A DNA stretch of 10,075 nt from Paraspadella gotoi (lineage: Eukaryota; Animalia; Chaetognatha). Positions 1 through 7,560 of the stretch are shown in pieces. Within the stretch, counting starts at the first letter, position 1. Each line of letters opens with the position of its first letter. The notes under the pieces were generated by a model, which was not told where the DNA came from, did no database searches, and saw nothing but the letters and a program-made list of their open reading frames with translations. A program made the translations under genes and the position numbers. The stretch lies in NCBI GenBank assembly GCA_051294375.1, contig JBJCIZ010000281.1, positions 1 through 10,075 of the forward strand, written 5' to 3'.

Positions 1-259
1 TTGACATTTTTATTCTTTTTCTCTTCGTGTCTTTGGCTTAAACGTAAGGTATAAAGTATTAACTGTTTAACAAACAAACATTGGAAAGTCTATTCTAATT
101 AAATTTCTTGTCATTTGTCTTTCATTTAAACTTTTGCTTCCGTATTTTTTTCGTAATCCTAATCGCTTCGTATTTGCAGCAAGATATCAACTACGTACGT
201 ACATCAATACATGACATTCCATCAACGTGTAAAAAGTAAAAAAAAAAGGAAAAGAAAAA

Positions 260-655
260 ATGTCGCATGAATTTCTCTCCTTCGGTCGATTCAAGTTTCC
301 CCCCCCCCAAATTTCGCCATTCGCGCCGCAAAGTGCAATTCGCTCCGAGGCGTCAAACGCCTCGTATTGCATTCGCAGCCGTTCGAGGGCGCCGTTCCGC
401 CCGACGCCCAAAAACAAAGGAATGGGAATGCGGGCGCCATTTTTTTTCTTGAAGCGCCGCATTTTCGGGGAAGCGCGTCGTTATGGCAACGTCGTAGTTT
501 AATGAACTCGCGTTTCTTAGAGTGCGATAAATCGGCGAATTCTTTTTGAGCGAGAAATCAGAAGATGGATGCGATTTAGTTTTCGAATGCCGTTGAAATA
601 GTTAATTAATATGGATTATTAGCAATGATTTTAAAAAAGTCGCCGCGAAAAGCTT
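260..655. promoter_or_regulatory. CpG/GC-enriched patch with promoter-type motifs (YY1-like, RFX X-box, E2F-like)
   Basis: CG-dense relative to flanks; CGCCATTTT at 435-443 (YY1-type); GTCGTTATGGCAAC at 477-490 (X-box); CCGCGAAAA at 643-651 (E2F-like on the minus strand). Motif matches only, no linked gene seen. Confidence 0.3.
477..490 (+). promoter_or_regulatory. RFX X-box motif
   Basis: GTCGTTATGGCAAC matches the consensus GTHNYYATRRNAAC with no mismatch. Confidence 0.4.
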
Positions 656-868
656 CATAAAATGTTCTGAGATTTTTTTTTTTTTATCGTATTTTTCGAT
701 TTTAGGTTTGACATTTGACCGAACAGTTTTTGCCAGGAACAAAATGCGCATTCCTCTTCAGCCTCCGAAATTCTCATTTCTTTTCTTCTCTTAGTTTATT
801 CTCTCGCCTTCATCCTTATCTGTTCTCTGTCTCTCACTTCTCTAGGATCTTCGTCTGGGTGTACATCA

Positions 869-1022
869 TCTCTCTCTCTCTCTCTCTCACTCAATAGCAT
901 TACAGGTCCCGAACCTCTCCTTCTTCTCTCTCTCTCTCTCGTCTTCTCTCTCTCTCTCTCCTCTCTTCTCTCTCTCTCTCTCTCTTCTCTCTTTCTCTCC
1001 GTCTTCTCTCTCTCCTCTCTCC
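869..1022 (+). repeat. Interrupted (TC)n microsatellite cluster
   Basis: (TC)10 at 869-888, then imperfect TC runs from ~915 to 1022. Confidence 0.95.
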
Positions 1023-1092
1023 TTTCATCCCATAAGGCTACGAATCCTCGGCCAAAGTTTTTTTCTCTGCATCCTGATTTGATCAGTTATCC

Positions 1093-1148
1093 CTCTCTCT
1101 CTCGGCTCTCTCTCTCTCTCTTCTCTCTCTCCTCGGTCTCTCTCTCAG

Positions 1149-1182
<34 letters not shown>

Positions 1183-1548
1183 TTTTTTTTATTCCGCTTC
1201 CTCCTCTTTTGTGATGTCCCTCCCACTATCTCTTTCTGTTTTCTCTTCTCTCTCTCTCTCTCTCTCTATGCTCTCTTCTCTCTCTCTCCTCTCCTCCTTC
1301 GTCTCCTCCTCCTCCTGGCCGCTCCTCCTCCTCGCTCGCCTCCCTCCGTCTCTCTCTCCTCTCGCTTGTCGTCGCGTCTCTCTCTCTGCTCTTTTTCTTT
1401 GTTCTTCTTTTTTTTTTTTTTTTTTTTTCTTTTTTTTTTCTTTTTTTTTTTTCCTTCTTTCTCTCACTCTGGTTCTCCTCTGGCACGCCACCCCGCGGCC
1501 GCGGTCTCTCCTGGCGGCCCCCCCTCCTCTCTCCTCTCTCTCTCTCTC
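1093..1548 (+). repeat. Long imperfect polypyrimidine tract of (TC)n, (TCC)n and poly-T
   Basis: Near-continuous C/T sequence; T-rich run ~1407-1452; short GC island at 1482-1523. Confidence 0.95.
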
Positions 1549-1644
1549 ATAGAGGGAGGAAGGAGCAGGTTGGGTGATTTAAAGCTTAATGCGCTCGAAT
1601 GCCTGATTCCTTCACGTCGAGTTGGAATCATTCCTGATTTACTT

Positions 1645-1656
1645 TCTCTTTCTTCC

Positions 1657-1722
<66 letters not shown>
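1645..1722 (+). repeat. (TC)n microsatellite
   Basis: Near-perfect TC run with a few interruptions. Confidence 0.95.
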
Positions 1723-1728
<6 letters not shown>

Positions 1729-2002
1729 GAACAGAAGGATGTGATTCGGAATCACAATTCGGAACGAAATTCACTTTAAATTGAGTTTTCAGCCAGACAA
1801 AGACAAATACATAAAAAAAAGAACCAAGAAGAAGGACAGAATAAGTCAGACATTCTAGAGGGTTGTAGAAAATATATTTCCTGCAGATACCGATTAAGCT
1901 GAAGGTATAAATTTCAAAATATTTCAGATTTACAATAAAGAACTGGTGGTTTGAACCGGGACCCTCAAGATATTTTCAATTCTTTTGAATTTGACATTCT
2001 TT

Positions 2003-2006
2003 TCTC

Positions 2007-2090
<84 letters not shown>

Positions 2091-2097
2091 CTTCCTC
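2003..2097 (+). repeat. (CT)n microsatellite
   Basis: Perfect CT run at 2016-2087 (about 36 units) with imperfect edges. Confidence 0.97.
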
Positions 2098-2184
2098 CCC
2101 AGGGGAAAAATTACAGAGGGAACTGTTTATCTTCGAACGCATGGTTTTCTGCAGGTGAAGGTTTTTTCACCGACACAATCCCGT

Positions 2185-2214
2185 GAAAATGTAAACAAAG
2201 AAAATGTAAACAAA
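2185..2214 (+). repeat. 15-bp tandem duplication containing forkhead-type GTAAACAA
   Basis: GAAAATGTAAACAAA at 2185-2199 and 2200-2214, followed by degenerate TTAAACAAAC and AAACAAACA. Confidence 0.85.
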
Positions 2215-2347
2215 AAGTTAAACAAACGAGAGGAAAAAACAAACACCGGGCTTGTTTTAAATGCCCTTACTCTTAGCCGATACTAAGAGAGAGAAAAGAA
2301 AAAATTTTAAACGCCGGGATTTTATCTTACAAACCTATCGCAAGATT

Positions 2348-2670
2348 AACGACGACGACAACAACGTCGAGACGACAACCACTACACACGAAGACGCAAC
2401 ACGACGACAACCATACGACGAACAACACGAACGACAACGATGACGACGAAACCCTACGACCGACAAGCGACAACGATGACGACGACAACCCTACGCGATC
2501 AACGAAGACGACAACGACGACAACCATTACGACGACAACGACCGTCGACGACACACAACCAAAACGACGACAACGAGGCGACCGATGGAAAAACGAAGCC
2601 GACGGACGACATTGAAACGAACGAACGGATAACGACGACGTCCCGCACAACAAAACGACGACACGACGGA
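2348..2670 (+). repeat. Degenerate (ACG/ACA)n triplet repeat with a ~36-bp higher-order unit
   Basis: About 16 T in ~320 nt; an AACC landmark (mostly followed within 1-2 nt by TAC) recurs at 2377, 2409, 2450, 2487, 2522 and 2557. Confidence 0.85.
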
Positions 2671-2848
2671 TAGTCGGGTAAATTCGAGTTATCTATTACG
2701 TAAAGACGAGTTAGCTATGGATGGGTCGGATGCGCTAGGGGAGCGGGTTTGAGGTAGCTCAGGGGCGAAGGGCGTGGTCGGAAGCTGGACGAGAGATAAC
2801 GGAAGGGGAAGAGGGTCGAGAGGGTTTTAATAGATCGAAGCGAGGATC

Positions 2849-2905
2849 GGGAGGGGTGGGGAGTGGAGAAAACTGCGGGATAATGCGGGAGGATTCGGGA
2901 TCGGG
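2849..2905 (+). other. G-quadruplex-forming motif in a G-rich block
   Basis: GGG-ATAATGC-GGG-AGGATTC-GGG-ATC-GGG (2877-2905) fits G3N1-7 x4; three more G-tracts at 2849-2861. Confidence 0.55.
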
Positions 2906-3388
2906 AGGAGAGCGTACTGAGGGGCGGTGGGAGGAGCACGATGAGGCGGGGTGAAAGAAAGAAAAGGGTTTTTTAAAGGCCAGTCCGCCCATTCGTTGGG
3001 GGGCAGGCAGGAGGGGATAGGTTTTGGTCTGGATCAAGAATGACCCGGATTAAAAAGGGCGCGGATTAGTGACTCGACGTTGACTTTTAAAACGAGGGAA
3101 TACGAGAGAAAATGGATTTTAGTAAAAATATGAAATTAGTTTATTAATTTTTTTGGTTTGTAATTGCTTTGACAAGTCTAACGATAGAAAGTTAACAGCG
3201 AGTGAACCGTTTAAGTTTTCACGATAGTCCGTGTTTTTAAATCGGGGGAAGAAAAAAAGATACCTTATTTCATTATTTTTTTAGAGACCTGGTTTGGTTT
3301 AATTGAGAAGACTTACCTTCGAAAAAAAGCCAGTTTTTCCCTACACTTCTCTTCATAACTGAGAACTTTCACTGATTCTTACTCCGCT

Positions 3389-3417
3389 CCCAGTACCCCT
3401 TTCCCTCTTCCCTCCCC
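3389..3417 (-). other. G-quadruplex motif on the minus strand (C-tracts on plus)
   Basis: Five runs of 3-4 C separated by 1-4 nt: CCC-AGTA-CCCC-TTT-CCC-TCTT-CCC-T-CCCC. Confidence 0.55.
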
Positions 3418-3643
3418 TTCAACCAATGCCTCATCTGGCCCCTTTCTCGCCATTATACCCCTATGCCCCGCCGACCCCAAGGCCAAAACAAAAAAAATTC
3501 CCCCTTCCAGTTTCAAACAGAAAAAAAAAATCGGGTCGAGTTGCAGGTGGTCCTCGTTGCAGGTCAGAAACAAAAAAAAAAGAAAGAAAGTTCTCATGCT
3601 GCAACGTGATGCCGAACAAACAACACTGAGGGTTCTTCGATTT

Positions 3644-3807
3644 CTGATTGGTCCGACGGATGTAGTAGTCTGGGCGATCCCGATTGGCTAAGAAATGCCT
3701 ACGTTGTCGTCGCCGGGGGGGGGATGAAAGCGCGGAGAAGACGAAAGGACAGGGACGACGAGTAGACGACTTTCGATGGGTAAGAAGAGGGAGAAATTCG
3801 ATTGGTT
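3644..3807 (-). promoter_or_regulatory. Three co-oriented CCAAT (NF-Y) boxes in a CpG-rich patch
   Basis: ATTGG at 3647, 3683 and 3801, each in a full YSATTGGYY context (TGATTGGTC, CGATTGGCT, CGATTGGTT). Confidence 0.35.
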
Positions 3808-4336
3808 TTTTTCTTCGACAAACTGAAAGTAAACAAAACCTCGACTCGATTGAGGAAATTACCGGAGGTTCGTTGAAGCTGCAATTAAACTTTTTAATTA
3901 ACAATTAGCTGACCGCGGCTTAGTTTCGAGCGAAGAAAAAAACGCAAGCGACAGAGATTATTTTTCCCGATTTGCTGCTTTAGATCCTTTTTTTTGTAAA
4001 GCTAGTTTCAGGTACAACTGATTAGCTTGACATTTTTTATTTTTTTAAAAACAATTCGAACTGGAAATATTTTACTATCATCCCGCCCTGGTTATCATGT
4101 GGCAGTGAAAGAATGAACATATCGTACGTAAGAGTGCGCAGTACAATTGACAAAATGAATCATTGCTATTTGTTTTGGACGGCGATACAAAAGTCGCTGG
4201 AAATGACGGATCGGGCGCCAGCTGCCGGGACCATCTGAAATCGATTTGCGCTGCAAGAGGTTTGATAAATTTTGTAGCAAGTTAAGTATTTTACTATCAG
4301 AATACAGATGACGTAGATTATTCGGGGTTATAGAAC

Positions 4337-4430
4337 AACACACACACACTCTTCTTTCTCCTCTCTCTCTCTCTCTCTTCTCCTCTCTCTCCTCTTCCTC
4401 CTCCGACTCTCCTCTCCTCTCTCCTCCTAT
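4337..4430 (+). repeat. Compound (AC)n + imperfect (CT/CCT)n microsatellite
   Basis: Short AC run to ~4349, then a pyrimidine tract. Confidence 0.9.
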
Positions 4431-4620
4431 CCCTGTTCTAAAAGTCTATTATTAATAGTCCCTCTATCGTCTCCATTGTATGTTAATATGTAGAAATAGT
4501 AGAACGAGAAATAAATAAAAAAAATATATTAAGCTTGAAATATTTCGATTTGAAAAATAAAAAAATATTTGAATCAAGAATAAAATAAACTTTGTCAAGG
4601 AATTCCAGAGTTTTTTTACA

Positions 4621-5210
4621 TATTAATAATAGTGTGTGTGGTTGATATTTAATTAAGTATATTATTATGATATAATATATATGATTATGTATAGTATTAT
4701 TTGTGATGTATTAATATTATCTATTATTGTTGTATCTATAAAATATGTATGAATACTGTGGTAGAGGAATGTATGTGGTATTAATTATTATGTTGATAGT
4801 ATAGTGTGTTAGAGTTATGTAGTATAATTGTTGTGATGTATGTGTATGTATGTATTATGTATTTATGTATTATATTATTATGTATTTGTTGTATGTATGA
4901 TTATTGTATGTTTCTGTATAATATGTAGTATATATGAGTTGTATGATTCTTCTTATATTGTTATATTATTGTATGATTATCTATTGTTATATATGTATTG
5001 TATTGTATGTATGTATGTAGTTAGAGAGAGAGGTTATTGTATATGTATATTGTATATGTAGTATGTATGTATGTGTATGTTGTATATTATATGTTAGTTT
5101 ATGTATTATATGTATGAGTATTGATGTTATGTATGTATTTGTTAGTGTATGTATGCTGTTATGTTATGATGTATATATTGTATTTTATCTGGTATGTAAA
5201 TGTGTATTTA
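4621..5210 (+). repeat. Degenerate (TATG/TA/TG)n low-complexity tract
   Basis: Repeated TATG/GTAT units; only 9 C in 590 nt by hand count. Confidence 0.9.
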
Positions 5211-5644
5211 TTTCTCTCTCTCTCTTCTCCTTATTAATTCGCAGAATGTGGGGAAGCTCATCGCGGTCTTCGACTTCTGCTCTTAAAAAAGACTTCGTCC
5301 GTCTTTCGTTAAACTGAGCGCAGGAACTTTTTTTTTTTTATAATTCGCAGAATTTTTTAAGTCGAATCAAAAAGTTTAAATTTCGAGAAAAAAAATTAAA
5401 ATAATAACTGCGCAGCGTTTGAGAATGAATGGTATTCATGTCTTCCCTCTTTTTAATTTTCGCTCCACTGATTGGATAAATTTATTTTGTCAACTAAACA
5501 AAACTATAAATAACTCACGTATAACTTTTTAAGTCCTAATTCCTCGAAAATTTGTTTCGAAAATGCATTTCGATTAAAAGAGATGCGGAATAATTATATC
5601 TTTTAAACTTAAATTGGCCAATATGTCAGGGAATTGTACAATAT

Positions 5645-5731
5645 ATCATCGTTATCATCGTAGTCAACACATCATCATCAATATCATAATCATCATCATC
5701 ATATCATCATCATCATCATCATCTCATCATC
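5645..5731 (+). repeat. Imperfect (ATC)n microsatellite
   Basis: ATCATCATC runs with 1-nt slips. Confidence 0.92.
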
Positions 5732-5867
5732 TCCAAAAAAATTCGCCCGAATCATATACGACGTTGATCGAGTCTCTCTTATACTTAGTAATTATATATA
5801 TATATATTATTAATTATTATTTTATCTATTATTCTCTTTCTTCTCTATCTTTCTCTGGGTTGAGACG

Positions 5868-5912
5868 CGACCAAAAGGGGACACTTTTTGGTCGGTCTGG
5901 TCTCTCTGTTGT
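5868..5912 (+). mobile_element. Short relic related to the 6214 element (hairpin plus start of a GTCN tract)
   Basis: CACTTTTTGGTCGGTCTG (5882-5899) is identical to 6256-6273; 9-bp stem CGACCAAAA/TTTTGGTCG at 5868-5876/5886-5894. Confidence 0.35.
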
Positions 5913-6213
5913 TGATGGACAGCAAATATTGAAATAAAACTTAAAACGAAGAAATAAAAAGTTGGGAAAAATTTTTTTTCTACTCAATGAGTTGAAAAAG
6001 AAAAGTTAAAAATAAAAAATTGTATAAAAGGACAGAATTGCAATGGCAGTGTTTTGTCGACGTTTGTATTCCATTTATTTCAGCGTTTATATAGTCTCGT
6101 GATCTCCCGGAAATAGAGGTTAAATTTCCGTTCTGGGTTAGTCTTGGTTAGGAAGAAACGACTCAACTGAAGGCGAAATTCAAAATTATTATATATTTTT
6201 TTTATTTTGTTTC

Positions 6214-6370
6214 TTTTAGTTGCGCCTCGAGTACTCGCGGAGCAACTCTATAAGTCACTTTTTGGTCGGTCTGTCGGTCCGTCGATCGGTCAATATGTCT
6301 GTCCATCAATCTGTCCAACTTACGTTAAAAATGCATATAATTTGTCTATAGTTGCTTGCTCATTTGTTAG
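6214..6370 (+). mobile_element. Non-autonomous Helentron-associated (DINE-1/HINE-like) element, degenerate
   Basis: Starts in a T-run; 30-bp imperfect palindrome at 6218-6247 (13/15 pairs); GTCG/GTCT/GTCC tetranucleotide tract ~6264-6316; AGTTGCT at 6350-6356 is the reverse complement of AGCAACT at 6241-6247 (possible sub-terminal IR). The 3' boundary is uncertain. Confidence 0.55.
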
Positions 6371-6490
6371 GAGAGAAAAAAAACTTCAAATCTTAGGGAC
6401 TGCTAGCGCTTAAAACTATAAAGAATAAAATACGGAATTTTGATGGAGTGCATGTCATAAATACACGGGCAAAAAATATTTTTTTAAATT

Positions 6491-6515
6491 ATGTCATGTC
6501 ATGTCATCTCATGTC
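6491..6515 (+). repeat. (ATGTC)5 pentanucleotide repeat
   Basis: ATGTC ATGTC ATGTC ATCTC ATGTC. Confidence 0.9.
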
Positions 6516-6739
6516 TTATAATCAAAGGGAAAATATAGTCACTGCGGCGCAACACATGGGAATCACCGTTCTTCTTTTATTAAATTTAGTCTCTTGATGT
6601 TTTCTCGATGCTTCATGAATTGTTAAAAAGGAAATGATCATTAACTCGGGTCTGTCATTAACTTTCCAAAATGTCATAAGGCGTTGACCCGAGTTTCCTA
6701 TTCGATTCCTTTCGATGTCGTTTGATTCAATTATGTTAA

Positions 6740-6864
6740 AATGAATATTACCATTTACCATTAATATTACAATTATAATATTACAATATTAAAATATTAC
6801 AATATTACAAATTCAAATAATATGACAATGAATATTACCGTTTACCATTTACCATTTATCATTT
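6740..6864 (+). repeat. Compound minisatellite of AATATTAC 8-mers and TTTACCA 7-mers with a 23-bp direct repeat
   Basis: AATGAATATTACC(A/G)TTTACCATT at 6740-6762 and 6827-6849; AATATTAC at 6744, 6763, 6777, 6793, 6801 and 6831; TTTACCA at 6754, 6841 and 6848. Confidence 0.88.
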
Positions 6865-7179
6865 GTTTTTATAGTTTCAGAACGATACGAAAAAAAAAAA
6901 TTCTAAAACAACTTTGATTTTTATATTAACAATTATAAAATAATCAATTAAATACTTAAATAATTAATTAAAACTACAAAACTAGATCCATATTTTTTTT
7001 TCGCCTCGGCCTTTTCTCATTTGTTTCTCCGACTTTTCTACACGATCGCCCTCTGTCGCCGATGTCTCTAATAAACGACGCTTTACCGCCTCCACCCCCG
7101 CCTCCCAGGTTTTTTTATAGCCCTTACGCCACTTTCCGGCCTCATTTTCTCAGAATGCCCCATTCTATTTATAATTTGG

Positions 7180-7560
7180 AATTAGGTTAATATTTTTAAG
7201 TAAAGATTAAGTTAAGGATTAGGGTTAAAGACTTGGTTTGTGATTAGGGATAAGTACTAACGTTTTGGGGTAAACTTTTATTTTTGCTGACCAGGATTTT
7301 GGCATCTTTTGAAAAACTACTTAAAAATACTTATTTTTTAAAAATTAATTTAAAAAATATTATTACCTAATTACCCTACACCTAAACCCTCTTTAATTTA
7401 ACCACGCTTAACCCTAAACCTCCCCTAACCCTGGTCAGCAAAAGTAAAATTAACCCCGTTTAGGGTTACAGTTTAAGGTTAAAAATTAGGGATAAGGGTT
7501 TAGGTTAAGGTTTAGGTTAGGGTTAGGGTTAAAGTAAGGGTTAAGGTGAGGGATTAGTTT
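7180..7560. repeat. Degenerate interstitial telomere-like (TTAGGG/TTAGG) repeats in both orientations
   Basis: TTAGGG at 7219, 7244, 7460, 7486, 7517 and 7523; CCCTAA at 7412 and 7423; many one-off variants (TTAAGG, TTTAGG, GTAAGGG). Confidence 0.8.
7267..7457. mobile_element. MITE-like 191-bp segment with ~28-bp terminal inverted repeats
   Basis: GGGGTAAACTTTTATTTTTGCTGACCAGG (7267-7295) vs CCTGGTCAGCAAAAGTAAAATTAACCCC (7430-7457); the inner 14 bp pair perfectly. The TSD is not clean (GTTTT / GTTTA). Confidence 0.6.

Noticed and set aside
187-549. Four overlapping 60-91 aa ORFs in the GC-rich patch
   Set aside because: No recognisable domain; open frames on both strands are expected from local GC content.
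1493-1504. NotI/SacII sites as vector contamination
   Set aside because: No other polylinker, primer or vector sequence adjoins them.
1905-1927. GT...TTTCAG as a 23-nt intron, and scattered TTTCAG/CTGCAG acceptors
   Set aside because: I could not build a convincing coding frame, and the motif count is near chance for T-rich DNA.
1079-2286. ORFs of 70-157 aa rich in SL, RE, F or K
   Set aside because: Direct translations of (CT)n/(GA)n and poly-T tracts, which lack stop codons.
2348-2670. CRISPR-like array (period ~36 bp)
   Set aside because: No unique spacers, no conserved palindromic repeat, no cas genes, and a eukaryotic context.
3379-3908. Overlapping ORFs including the 147-aa minus-strand frame
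   Set aside because: Driven by homopolymer runs and GC content; no family resemblance; several non-ATG starts.
4153-4285. Plus-strand peptide with LLFVLDGD, vaguely like a VWA first strand
   Set aside because: Lacks the DxSxS motif and is bounded by stops within ~45 codons.
4840-5317. Hydrophobic Y/V/C/M-rich ORFs resembling membrane proteins
   Set aside because: Translations of the TATG low-complexity tract.
7460-7560. True telomere
   Set aside because: At most two perfect TTAGGG units in tandem, with ordinary sequence on both sides.
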